Positions 1 to 9,506 of a stretch of DNA of 64,000 nt are shown here, in pieces. Origin of the DNA: a virus; the IMG/VR virus record IMGVR_UViG_3300009159_008491, positions 29,820 to 93,819 of that record. One strand, 5' to 3'. Position 1 is the first letter of the stretch. Every line of letters begins with the position of its first letter. The position numbers were made by a program, and so were the translations under genes. Under the pieces are notes generated by a model. It was not told the DNA's origin. It saw nothing but the letters and a program-made list of their open reading frames with translations, and did no database searches.

Positions 1-1013
1 GAAATTGCTGCTGCTTGCTTTTGTAATTCTAAATTTATTTTATCTAAAATTTTTTGTAAAATTGGATATAATACTAATGGTAAAAGATTAATCATTTTAT
101 CCAACATAATCCTAATCCAACTTTTCCTTACCGCAGCTGCATTTTCTTCACTGTTTATTCTTTGCGTTTCATTTTCAACGTGTCCATTCAAATCAACTAA
201 AACTCCTGCAGGGTTTTGGTAGGCAACTTGTCCTCCGCCTTGTGTTTGTCCTTGTAGGTAAACTTTTATATTATCAGCAATTACATCATCTGCACTTTGT
301 AAAATAGATTCTGGTAAATTAATTTTTACATCTTGACATGATACAGTAAATGTCACGATACCTTTTGCAAGTTGTTCTTTTAGTTGTACTATATTATATT
401 CTATATCTCCATAGGTATTACTAGCCACATTTACTGTTGTAAACATTACATCTTGTAATGCAGCATTGTCTAAATATTGATCAGGAGTTAAATCTGTATA
501 GTTTTGAGTTAAATAAAAATTATTACCATAATTATTAGGAGGTAAAGTCAGAGGCTTTATTTTATCTTTTGGTCCGAACATTAATTGAATTGCTTTTTTT
601 ACAAGAATAGCTTTTAATATTCTCATAGCTACATGTAGTTCAGGTTTTACATTCGCAGTTAGCCATTCTTCGTTGCTCATTCCTTGTTTAATGCTAATTG
701 GACTACCATCTGCTTTGGTTTTTGAATCAAGGGCTTTAGCTATTGCTTTAATAATTGATGACTCTAATTTCTCTGAATTTTTATCAAAAAGATCATTAAA
801 AAAAGTCATTATTAAATTATCAATATAACCCACACCTAATATAGCATCTGTTATTTTTGTTAAAAAATCTAATAATGATATTTGTTCTGATTTAGGTCTA
901 TCAAAAAACTTTTTAAAAGGAATTACAAGCAAATTATTCATTGTTTGTAATTTGCTAAGTGCTTCACTTTGGGCACCTGTTAAAGGATTTTGTACTGGTA
1001 CATTAAAAGCCAT
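1..1013 (-). CDS. Partial hypothetical protein (runs off the left edge), possibly virion-associated
   Basis: ATG at 1013-1011 overlaps the TAA of the 1013..1357 ORF (TAATG); reads MAFNVPVQNPLTGAQSEALSKLQTMNNLLVIPFKKF...; absent from the ORF track, presumably because its stop lies outside the window. Confidence 0.75.
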   Translation of the reverse strand, partial: MAFNVPVQNPLTGAQSEALSKLQTMNNLLVIPFKKFFDRPKSEQISLLDFLTKITDAILGVGYIDNLIMTFFNDLFDKNSEKLESSIIKAIAKALDSKTKADGSPISIKQGMSNEEWLTANVKPELHVAMRILKAILVKKAIQLMFGPKDKIKPLTLPPNNYGNNFYLTQNYTDLTPDQYLDNAALQDVMFTTVNVASNTYGDIEYNIVQLKEQLAKGIVTFTVSCQDVKINLPESILQSADDVIADNIKVYLQGQTQGGGQVAYQNPAGVLVDLNGHVENETQRINSEENAAAVRKSWIRIMLDKMINLLPLVLYPILQKILDKINLELQKQAAAI

Positions 1014-1357
1014 TATTGAATAGGTTCAGAATTATTTTCAGATGAATTAATCATCTTAAGGATTTCAGATTTAACTTGATCATCATTTAACATTGGTTTT
1101 CCGGCCCCATTTTCATCTTTATAAACAATGGTTGTAATCATTTTAGTTAAATTCATAAGTGCATCAGTTCTATCTGAAGCAGTTCTCAAAAAATCTACTA
1201 AATATTTTCCTTGAAGAATAAATTGTTCATTATTCTCAATAGTTTCATCTTGTCTCCTAAATCTTTCAAGTGCAAGATTTCTTTCTTCGTTAATATTGTC
1301 TTTTAAATTATTTAAAAGAGATTTGATTCCATCTTCAGAAATTTCAACTTTTCCCAT
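1013..1357 (-). CDS. Hypothetical helical protein
   Basis: 114-aa ORF, translationally coupled to the next gene, preceded by a TATTTAT motif. Confidence 0.7.
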   Translation of the reverse strand: MGKVEISEDGIKSLLNNLKDNINEERNLALERFRRQDETIENNEQFILQGKYLVDFLRTASDRTDALMNLTKMITTIVYKDENGAGKPMLNDDQVKSEILKMINSSENNSEPIQ

Positions 1358-1396
1358 TTTTGTTATTTTTTATAAATATATTATAGGAAAAAAAAA

Positions 1397-2281
1397 TCAC
1401 TTATTTTTATTTAAAAAATTAGTTTTAAAAACTTTGTAAAAAGATTTAAATCTACTTAAAGAGTAAGTAATTTCTTTTGTTTCTAGTCCAGTTCTTTCTT
1501 TTAAAAGATAATAAATGGTATTTTTGTTATATAATTTAAGTAATTCGTGATTTTTAAAAACCCAAACAATTGCTTCTCCTACCTTACGATCATTAGGTAA
1601 CATTTTGGGTTTTTGAATTTCATCTTCTAATTTATTGATTACAGTTTCGAAAATTTTCATGTTAAAATCTTCTTTTTCAATTTCCTCGTAATTAATTATA
1701 TTTTCTGGTCTACCTGATGCTTCTTCTATACTTTCATCAATATCAACATTAGATTTTATGTGTTTATATTGAATTCTCTTTTCACCCATCAAATAATGTT
1801 TGGCGATTGTTCCTAAATAGGAAAATGCTTGAGTTCCATTTTTTGGATTAAATTTATCAATCTTGGTTATTAAAAAAGACATACAATCAACTTGAAGTTC
1901 TTTAACTTCTACATCTGATCTAAAGAGCTTATAAGTAAAAATTATATTTTCAATCAATTTAATCATTGGTTTATATAAATGTTTACTATAGATTTTATTC
2001 TTCTCATCTATATCTTGAGAATTTATATAATCAACTATAGCCTTTTCTTGTTCAGTAAACCAATATCTTTTTGAGCCTTCATATTTTTTATCAAGCTCAT
2101 TCATTGTTACTAAGTCTTTATAGTATTCCCTTAAAACAGATATATCAGGCGATCCATTTTCAGACTTTAAAATATCAGAAAAAGCACTTTTAAATAAAGT
2201 TTCATGAAGATAAACGTATTCATCTCCTACTGTATCAAATTTTAATTCATCAAGTTTTAATAATTTTTTGTTTTTTTCCAT
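1397..2281 (-). CDS. T4 gp55-like late-transcription sigma factor
   Basis: KELQVDCMSFLITKIDKFNPKNGTQAFSYLGTIAKHYL resembles the sigma region 2 of gp55 (MIADGIE...[22 protein letters not shown]); phage context. Confidence 0.65.
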   Translation of the reverse strand: MEKNKKLLKLDELKFDTVGDEYVYLHETLFKSAFSDILKSENGSPDISVLREYYKDLVTMNELDKKYEGSKRYWFTEQEKAIVDYINSQDIDEKNKIYSKHLYKPMIKLIENIIFTYKLFRSDVEVKELQVDCMSFLITKIDKFNPKNGTQAFSYLGTIAKHYLMGEKRIQYKHIKSNVDIDESIEEASGRPENIINYEEIEKEDFNMKIFETVINKLEDEIQKPKMLPNDRKVGEAIVWVFKNHELLKLYNKNTIYYLLKERTGLETKEITYSLSRFKSFYKVFKTNFLNKNK

Positions 2282-2294
2282 AAAATTAGAATGT

Positions 2295-2321
2295 AAAAAA
2301 GGGGTTTTTAGACCCCTTTTT
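2295..2321. terminator. Intrinsic terminator (bidirectional-type hairpin)
   Basis: AAAAAAGGGGT-TTTTAG-ACCCCTTTTT directly after the stop of 2326..3267. Confidence 0.75.
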
Positions 2322-2325
2322 CTTT

Positions 2326-3267
2326 TTAGGCTGATTGATAGATTTTATTTCTATCATTATCAAAGAAATATTCTTTTTTGGCTAAATCTGTCCAAAATTT
2401 AAATTCCTCTACTTTTAATCCTCCATTTTCAGGAGTTTTTTGCACTAAATCCATAGGTAATTTAGAGCTAAAATAATCGTACTTTTCAATGGTTTTATTT
2501 ATTCTACAATCATACCCCATTCTTGGTATTGTATAAAACTTAAGATCATTGTAAATCATTCTTAATAAGAATTCATAAGAATAATTAATTTTCATACTTT
2601 CTTTCATTGGCTTATATAAACCATCTTTTTCCTCTGCATACTTAATAATAGATTGTGTTTTAAAGACTGTACCTGCAATATTGATACAATTGAATCTTAA
2701 CATAAGATTTAAATCAAAAATACCGGCAACTTCAGCAAAACCATCAACCCAACAAGCTTCATTCATAAAACCAACAAATCCCATAGGTGAAATTTGTCTT
2801 GAAAGTGGAACAAATGCATCATATTCATTTTTTTCTGTTGAATATAAGTTAAAATATTTAACCCAATTTTTGGTTAAACTATCATCCATTTCTAAAACTG
2901 TAAACCATTCGTATTTATTGACGTTGGCATAATTTAAAGATTCATTAAAAATTTTAGAAAATGTATCTGATGAAGTTTCCTCAATAATAAAATTAATTTT
3001 ATTTTTTGCAGTTAATGTTATTGTTTCTTGCTCTCCTTGTTTTCCTTTTAATCTATCAATCGTAGGGTTATCAATAATTCTTTTTATTGTATTGATTGAT
3101 TCATTGTTTAAATTATGGCCCAATATTAATAAATCAACTAATTCATCTTGCTCTCCAAGTGAATAAAGGCATTCATTTAAAAATTTTTCCTCTATGCTAT
3201 TATTAAGAGGTAATACAAACAAAATTTTATTATTGTTTGAGCTTTTGTAATTCTTCAATTCTTTCAT
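2326..3267 (-). CDS. GT-A (GT2-like) glycosyltransferase
   Basis: ILFVLPL start, FLNECLYSLGEQ, VLEMDD (DXD-like), YEFLLRM. Confidence 0.65.
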   Translation of the reverse strand: MKELKNYKSSNNNKILFVLPLNNSIEEKFLNECLYSLGEQDELVDLLILGHNLNNESINTIKRIIDNPTIDRLKGKQGEQETITLTAKNKINFIIEETSSDTFSKIFNESLNYANVNKYEWFTVLEMDDSLTKNWVKYFNLYSTEKNEYDAFVPLSRQISPMGFVGFMNEACWVDGFAEVAGIFDLNLMLRFNCINIAGTVFKTQSIIKYAEEKDGLYKPMKESMKINYSYEFLLRMIYNDLKFYTIPRMGYDCRINKTIEKYDYFSSKLPMDLVQKTPENGGLKVEEFKFWTDLAKKEYFFDNDRNKIYQSA

Positions 3268-4423
3268 GTTTATATTCGTTAAAGTTTTTTAGTAATGAAT
3301 TTTTTTCTGTTTCAGAAGTATATTTACTTAAAGTAATATCATATTGTTTATGAACTTCTTCTGAATCAAGTTGACCAGTGATCATTTTTTCAACAGCAAT
3401 ACCTAATAATTCTGCTAATTGGAATATATCACCATTAGCAGCCCAGAAACCATTATCTGCTGTCATGTATTCTTTTCCACCAAGTGGTGTCCAGCCTACA
3501 ACGTGTGTACCACAAGCCATTGCTTCTAAAGGCATTGTTCCAAAACCAGCAATTTCATCAGTGTATAGACAAATAGAAGATGAAGCTAATCTCTCAGAAA
3601 ATTCTTCTTTTGATAAGCCTTTTAGTTCATCAAATCTAATCCATCTAAAATTTGGATAAAATGAATAAAATGTTTTAATTACATTGTAAGTTTTTATAAC
3701 TGCATCTTGAGTTCTTCCCGGCATGAAAGCTATTTTAGGAAATTTATCAGTTATTTTATTTTTCTTAAAAGTTTCTCTATCTATTTCTTGAGTACAGTTC
3801 TTAATTTTTAAACCGGGCATAATTGCATTAATGTATTCAGATATTCCAGAAGAAATACTCATTACATCTTGAATTCCAAATTGTTGCCACTTTTGTCCAA
3901 TTTGCATTGAATTTAAAATATAATACCAGCTTTGTGCTAATATAATTTTTTTACATGCAATTTGAGAAAATTTTTCCATTACATTTGGAAAACCTTCTGG
4001 AATAATAACAAAATCTTCTGGGTTTATAACTAATTGTTGAGCTTTCATTGTTGTTCCATCATTGAAACGAATATCTCCTTCCCCTAATGTTATTAATTCA
4101 ACATCTGCGGCATCTTTTCCAATCCAACTAGTATCAAATTTTTCATGAACTGCAATTTGCTTCTTTTGTTTTTGTGATTCTTCATAAGAAGCTTTGTTAT
4201 CAACTCTTGGTTCATAAACAATAAAACTGTTGAATCCATTTTTCTTTAAAATGTTTACTTGTTTAAAAATAACTGAAATACCTCCAGAAGCTACATTCAT
4301 AGGTGGACAGTAATAATAAATTTTAAAATTATTGGACTCTAATTTTGAGATCACATCATTAATTATTTGGTTGTGATCTGGAGTTCCTTGTGAAATTTCC
4401 TTTTCTAATGTTTCTTGTGACAT
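3230..4423 (-). CDS. GT-B (GT4-like) glycosyltransferase
   Basis: N-terminal SGGISVI; C-terminal AGFGTMPLEAMACGTHVVG signature. Confidence 0.8.
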   Translation of the reverse strand: MSQETLEKEISQGTPDHNQIINDVISKLESNNFKIYYYCPPMNVASGGISVIFKQVNILKKNGFNSFIVYEPRVDNKASYEESQKQKKQIAVHEKFDTSWIGKDAADVELITLGEGDIRFNDGTTMKAQQLVINPEDFVIIPEGFPNVMEKFSQIACKKIILAQSWYYILNSMQIGQKWQQFGIQDVMSISSGISEYINAIMPGLKIKNCTQEIDRETFKKNKITDKFPKIAFMPGRTQDAVIKTYNVIKTFYSFYPNFRWIRFDELKGLSKEEFSERLASSSICLYTDEIAGFGTMPLEAMACGTHVVGWTPLGGKEYMTADNGFWAANGDIFQLAELLGIAVEKMITGQLDSEEVHKQYDITLSKYTSETEKNSLLKNFNEYKHERIEELQKLKQ

Positions 4424-4468
4424 ATTTATTTTTTGTTTTAAAAATATTTTTTTATTGTATAAAGTAAA

Positions 4469-5140
4469 TTATAAATTATTTTCTTTTATTAAATTAATAA
4501 AAAATGGATCTTCTATTTCGTTCAATGAATTAAATTCATAATCAGCTTGATCATACTGATTGTAGTCAGCTTTAATTTTCAAAACTTTTTTATTGTTCGG
4601 CTTGGATTCAATTATCTCTGGATTATCAGTTATAATTAAGTCGCAATAATCCCAAATTCTATTTAAATCATTTTCAAAAATTATTTTTTTAATTCTACAA
4701 GCTGATTTTGCTAAAAAGTGATATGTTGCTTGTATTGCTTGATCTTGCTCTGAAGAAAAAAGAACAATTTCATACTTTTCATTTACCTCTCCTATTTTTT
4801 GTAATTTATTAGCTTTATCCATCGCTTTTGCTATTGGTGGTGCTGAACCATAAATTTCAAAAACATAATCCAGATTCAAAAAATTATTATATTCTTCTTT
4901 TGACTCAAATATATAATGGTTTTGAAGGTCAAATGTATCTATTGGATATTTTATTTTTTCGTTAATTATATTTTGTATTCTCACGTCTTCTCCTTCATTT
5001 TCATCTTCAGGGACATAACGAAAATATTCATCCATTTTTACTATAGATTCATTCTTGATGAATTTCTTTCTATACATTTTATCAAATTGAGTGAATTTAT
5101 CTCTTAACACTCCGTCTATATTTATTCCTATAATTTTCAT
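4469..5140 (-). CDS. HAD-superfamily 5'(3')-deoxyribonucleotidase-like protein, motif I Asp replaced by Asn
   Basis: IIGINIDGVLRD (canonical DxDGV), WDYCDLIITDNP, ADYN. Confidence 0.65.
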   Translation of the reverse strand: MKIIGINIDGVLRDKFTQFDKMYRKKFIKNESIVKMDEYFRYVPEDENEGEDVRIQNIINEKIKYPIDTFDLQNHYIFESKEEYNNFLNLDYVFEIYGSAPPIAKAMDKANKLQKIGEVNEKYEIVLFSSEQDQAIQATYHFLAKSACRIKKIIFENDLNRIWDYCDLIITDNPEIIESKPNNKKVLKIKADYNQYDQADYEFNSLNEIEDPFFINLIKENNL

Positions 5141-5176
5141 AACTTAAAAATATGTTTTTAAAAAAATAAAGTAAAT

Positions 5177-5205
5177 AAAAAACCCCTCAAAATATAGAGG
5201 GGTTT
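5177..5205 (-). terminator. Intrinsic terminator
   Basis: AAAAAACCCCTC-AAAATATA-GAGGGGTTT; U-tract on the minus strand after 5230..5658. Confidence 0.7.
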
Positions 5206-5229
5206 ATAAAAATATTTTTTTTATATTTT

Positions 5230-5658
5230 TTATAGGACAAATGAAGATTGCGTCTTGTCAACTAAGTTAAAACCAAAAAGTTTATAATTACTTTGTACAA
5301 CACCTTCTCTAACTTCTGCTTTACCTTTTGGTATTATAACACAATTTTCTAAGTCTATTTTCTTTGAATAAATTTCTTCAGACTTATATCCCTCAGTAAA
5401 AAACTTAACTTTTCCATAAAGAGCATTTTCTTTGATATGTAATTTAGTAATAATTCCGCAGACTAAATCTGAATTGGTATATTCATATTGTATGTCTTTT
5501 GATTTAGAGCCTATTGCATATTCTAAATCATAACCATTTTCATCTAATGAGTTGATCCAGTTTTTAACCAGTTCTTCTGAGTATCTTCTAAAGTTTTTAT
5601 TTGGCTCATTAACTTTTAGAATAAAGAATTCTTTTTCTAATATGTTTTTATTTTTCAT
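5230..5658 (-). CDS. Degenerate T4 gp21-like prohead protease homologue (catalytic residues apparently absent)
   Basis: NKNFRRYSEELV ~ gp21 NRNKRLYPKRIL; VCGIITKLHIKENALYGKVKF ~ AAIIIEDMWWKGNDVYGRARV; VVQSNYKLFGFNLV ~ IVNEGFKLTVGVDAV. Confidence 0.55.
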   Translation of the reverse strand: MKNKNILEKEFFILKVNEPNKNFRRYSEELVKNWINSLDENGYDLEYAIGSKSKDIQYEYTNSDLVCGIITKLHIKENALYGKVKFFTEGYKSEEIYSKKIDLENCVIIPKGKAEVREGVVQSNYKLFGFNLVDKTQSSFVL

Positions 5659-5660
5659 TT

Positions 5661-7313
5661 TTAATATAATGTTATTTTGTTATAATCAAATCCATAACCA
5701 ATTTCTGGTTGTTTTCCTGTTATAAATCCCGGTAAATTATTGTTTCCTAATTCTTCTAAAATATATTTATCTGAAGAGGCGACAGAAGGAACTTTTAATG
5801 CTATAAAATTTGTCCCTTCTTCTACTTTTAGCGAATGCCAATGGCCTTGTACTAAAATAGTAAAACATCCGGGTTCTCCATATAAATTAACCAGTTCACT
5901 AGGTTTCTTTTTTGATAAAGAAGAATCTCCATGTTGGACAAATATACAAATGTTTTCTTTTACAATTTTGCAAAGATTATTTTTTGGTATAAAAAATTTC
6001 ATTCTATCATTTTCAAGTTCTCTTTTTAGAACATGTGAAATTACTTTTCCAGCAGTTCTACTTTTATCTTGATCTCTTCCAACTCCAACACGATCATGAT
6101 TTCCATGTATTGAATAAAATTCAATTGGACAAGAAGTATTGTTATGGATTTCTGATAATAAAACTTTAAGAGAGTCTACCGCATAGAAAATTTGTTCTTC
6201 TTGAAATAAATCCATTTCAGCTGTATGATTTGGATGCATACCATCTTCAAGAACACTCTCAACTAAATCTCCTAAATTTACTAATACAATTTCACTATTG
6301 TTTTGTTGATTATATTGCTCAAGAATTTTATTTTTTATTTCTATAATTCTTTCGTGAGCTATATTTTTATTATATCCTCTACCATAAATTGGATTATCAT
6401 ACTTTTTTCCATAGTGAATATCTCCAAAAAGACAGATAAGAGGTTTACCTTGATTTTTCTTTATCTTTTTATCTTTTGTTTCTTTTGGGGAAATAAGAGT
6501 ATTGCCACTAGAATTTTGAATGTATTTTGATACAACACTTTCAATCCATTCTTCATTATTTTTATATTCAATTATTAATTTGTGAGCATCTTTTAAGTTT
6601 TTCTCAACATATCTTCCACGTTCTTCTTCCAGTTTTTTAAGAATATTATTTTCTTTGTTTCTGAAAATTATATCCATAACTTCTTCCTCGGATGACTCTT
6701 CAATGATGTGAGGAGCCACAGGAATAGATGATTTTGTTATATTAAAAGCTCTTAAAATTCTTTTAAAATCTCTGAAGGTTAAGTTAGAAAAATGTCTTGA
6801 TACACTTCTTAAAGTCATTCCGGCACCATCCATATTTGAATATAGACGATAAACCAAATCCATTTCTTCTTTAGTAAAATAACCTTCTAAAGGTTTTTCA
6901 TCTCTAATAAAAATATTATAATGATACGATGTTATTTTTTTATTATCATCTCTTATTATTTCTGAAAAACTACGATCTTCATATTTATCATCTTCATATG
7001 CATCGTATTCTATTTGATTTTTTTCTTCATCAGTCAAATCCCCATTTTCAATAATAAGCTTTTCTACTACAGATAATTTGTTTTGTTTTTTATTATGAAA
7101 TTTATTTGTTTTGATGGTATTATAAAGGTCTAAAATTTCATCAGCTTGTTCTTGAGTTATTTGATTTTTATCAACTCTTTCATTTAAATCTTCGCAAAAT
7201 TTTGACACATAACCCTTTCCTCTTCCGTGTTTTAAACAAGCATCAGGTACTGAAACTTTTTTCTTAATTGAATAATTAAGGATTTGTATACAATTCTTGT
7301 AATATTGATTCAT
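5661..7313 (-). CDS. Calcineurin-like metallophosphoesterase with a long N-terminal extension
   Basis: GDIHYG, LGDLVE, GNHDR, QHGD and GHWH motifs. Confidence 0.85.
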   Translation of the reverse strand: MNQYYKNCIQILNYSIKKKVSVPDACLKHGRGKGYVSKFCEDLNERVDKNQITQEQADEILDLYNTIKTNKFHNKKQNKLSVVEKLIIENGDLTDEEKNQIEYDAYEDDKYEDRSFSEIIRDDNKKITSYHYNIFIRDEKPLEGYFTKEEMDLVYRLYSNMDGAGMTLRSVSRHFSNLTFRDFKRILRAFNITKSSIPVAPHIIEESSEEEVMDIIFRNKENNILKKLEEERGRYVEKNLKDAHKLIIEYKNNEEWIESVVSKYIQNSSGNTLISPKETKDKKIKKNQGKPLICLFGDIHYGKKYDNPIYGRGYNKNIAHERIIEIKNKILEQYNQQNNSEIVLVNLGDLVESVLEDGMHPNHTAEMDLFQEEQIFYAVDSLKVLLSEIHNNTSCPIEFYSIHGNHDRVGVGRDQDKSRTAGKVISHVLKRELENDRMKFFIPKNNLCKIVKENICIFVQHGDSSLSKKKPSELVNLYGEPGCFTILVQGHWHSLKVEEGTNFIALKVPSVASSDKYILEELGNNNLPGFITGKQPEIGYGFDYNKITLY

Positions 7314-7369
7314 AAATTTATAATAAGTTTCTGAAAAATAATTAAAATAAATTATAAAAACAAATTTTT

Positions 7370-8353
7370 TTATCTATAAGATTTTTTTCCTTGTAAAACA
7401 TCTAACCAATGATCACACATTTCATGTAAAAGTGTTTCAAAATAATACTCTGGTTCCCAATTTAATATTTTTCTTGCTTTTGAAGAATCTCCTTTTAAAT
7501 AAGGTAATTCTTCTGGCCTTAAATATTTTGCATCTTGTTTTATAACAATAGGATCAATATCAAGATAATTACAAACAATGTTGCACATTTCTCTTACCGT
7601 ATGTGTTTGCATTGTAGAAATTACAAAATCATCCGGTTCATTATGATTTAACATTAAATGCATTGCTTTCACATAATCTTTTGAATGTCCCCAATCACGA
7701 TATGAGTCCATGTTTCCTAAAAATAATTCTTTTTGTAATCCAAGTTTAATTGAACATAATCCTTTTGCAATTTTACTTGAAACGAAATTACTACCTCTTC
7801 TTGGCGATTCATGATTAAATAGAATTCCATTAGAAATAAATAAGTTATAAGCCCTTCTATAATGCCTAGTGATATTATAACCAAAGACCTTGGAACATCC
7901 ATATGGAGAAACAGGATTCATAATGGTTTTTTCTCTTTGAAATCCATCTTCATCTATGGTTAAACCAAACATCTCAGAAGAACTTGCTTGATAAAATTTT
8001 GCTTCAGGACAATTTTCTTTATAGGCTTCTAAAACATTTAACACGCCAAGAGCATTTATTTCTACTGTTAAATTTGGAATATCACTAGATATTCTCACAT
8101 GACTTTGTGCAGCTAAATTATAAATTTCATCAGGCTTTATTTTTGACAATAAATTATTTAAAGAATATTGATCAATTAGATCGCCATAATGTATATTTAT
8201 TTTATCTTCTATATGTTCTAATCTATAAGATTGATTTTCAGATACAGAGTGTCTTCTAACTATCCCATGAACCTCGTATCCTAAATTTAAAAGATGTTCA
8301 GAAAGATAACTTCCATCTTGACCTGATATTCCAGTTATAAAAGCTTTTTTCAT
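7370..8353 (-). CDS. gmd: GDP-mannose 4,6-dehydratase
   Basis: ITGISGQDGSYL, YNLAAQSHV, FYQASSSEMFG, SPYGCSK, NGILFNHESPRRG, RDWGH. Confidence 0.95.
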   Translation of the reverse strand: MKKAFITGISGQDGSYLSEHLLNLGYEVHGIVRRHSVSENQSYRLEHIEDKINIHYGDLIDQYSLNNLLSKIKPDEIYNLAAQSHVRISSDIPNLTVEINALGVLNVLEAYKENCPEAKFYQASSSEMFGLTIDEDGFQREKTIMNPVSPYGCSKVFGYNITRHYRRAYNLFISNGILFNHESPRRGSNFVSSKIAKGLCSIKLGLQKELFLGNMDSYRDWGHSKDYVKAMHLMLNHNEPDDFVISTMQTHTVREMCNIVCNYLDIDPIVIKQDAKYLRPEELPYLKGDSSKARKILNWEPEYYFETLLHEMCDHWLDVLQGKKSYR

Positions 8354-8961
8354 ATATTTTTTTTAAAAATTTTCATTTGTGTTAAATCGGGCCAATCGGT
8401 GAATACCCATTGTCTTGGTTTCTTCTCAATCGCTTCAGGTAATTTTTCAATACCCATTTTAGCAGTTTCAGGTGTCATATAATAATGGTAACCTACTGAT
8501 TCAATATTTTGCTCTCTCCAAGGTATGTTAGGAATTCTTCCGTCATAAGACATTTTTTTTAAACTTATTGCAGCAGTTTCATCATTTGTTAATATTATAC
8601 CCCCTCTTCCTAAGTTCAAATGCTTTTGAAATTGAAAACTAATACACATAAAAGTATTCGGTATATAACTATCTTTTTTCCATAAAACAGCGGAATCAAT
8701 TATGTTTTCTGTAACATAATAAAAATTACTCCATTCCTCATCCCTCCAATCTAAATCAATTTTAAGTTTGTGTGATAAAAATGGAATTGAAAGATAGGTT
8801 CTTTTTGGTGTACTAATTTTTTTTGCTTCTGTATACAATAAACATAATTCTATTCCATGTGTACAACTATCTACAGCAATAGCGTATTTTGAACCAAAGA
8901 ATTCAGCAATTTTACTTTCAAATTCAGAAACAACATTAAAATCAACTTTTTTTAATATCAT
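8350..8961 (-). CDS. Short DegT/DnrJ/EryC1/StrS-family PLP-dependent aminotransferase
   Basis: FESKIAEFFGSKYAIAVDSCT, IIDSA, ISFQFQKHL (Schiff-base Lys), GRGGIILT; only 203 aa. Confidence 0.8.
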   Translation of the reverse strand: MILKKVDFNVVSEFESKIAEFFGSKYAIAVDSCTHGIELCLLYTEAKKISTPKRTYLSIPFLSHKLKIDLDWRDEEWSNFYYVTENIIDSAVLWKKDSYIPNTFMCISFQFQKHLNLGRGGIILTNDETAAISLKKMSYDGRIPNIPWREQNIESVGYHYYMTPETAKMGIEKLPEAIEKKPRQWVFTDWPDLTQMKIFKKNI

Positions 8962-8965
8962 ATTT

Positions 8966-9505
8966 TCATTTTTTTACACATTCAATATTTAAACTTATTA
9001 ATACACCATTTTCTTTGTCCATATGAGGAATATACGCCTGAGAATGATCATCATAATTAGCATGTTCTGTGTTCCTCCAATCATATCTTTCTATTTGATA
9101 AAATCCACTTTGTTCTAGTAAGTCAAATAGTGAATTAAAATCATATGTGGTTTTATGGTATATGTTTGAATTTCCCATTGACATTTTTCCATAAAGTGGA
9201 CCTAAAATTTGATTTAAAGAAACAATTTTGTTTAAATATAATTCTGACATTTTTTCAAAATCAGGAACTGCAATTCTTAATGTTTTTTCCGGCTTTAAAA
9301 CTCTTTTCCACTCTTTTAAAATATCTAAAATTTCGACTCTATCAAAATATTCTATAACATGTGATGAGTAAATTAAATCTACAGAATCATCATCAAATGG
9401 CAATTTTGTAATATCATTATAATCTAAATGATCATAGGTTCCACCATCTATATGAATCCAATCTTTGCCAAAATTTCTCCAGCCACACCCTAAATGTAAT
9501 TTCAT
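8966..9505 (-). CDS. Class I SAM-dependent methyltransferase (Methyltransf_11-like)
   Basis: KLHLGCG, LPFDDDSVDLIYSSHVIEY, EWKRVLKP, LRIAVPD. Confidence 0.85.
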   Translation of the reverse strand: MKLHLGCGWRNFGKDWIHIDGGTYDHLDYNDITKLPFDDDSVDLIYSSHVIEYFDRVEILDILKEWKRVLKPEKTLRIAVPDFEKMSELYLNKIVSLNQILGPLYGKMSMGNSNIYHKTTYDFNSLFDLLEQSGFYQIERYDWRNTEHANYDDHSQAYIPHMDKENGVLISLNIECVKK

Positions 9506-9506
9506 A

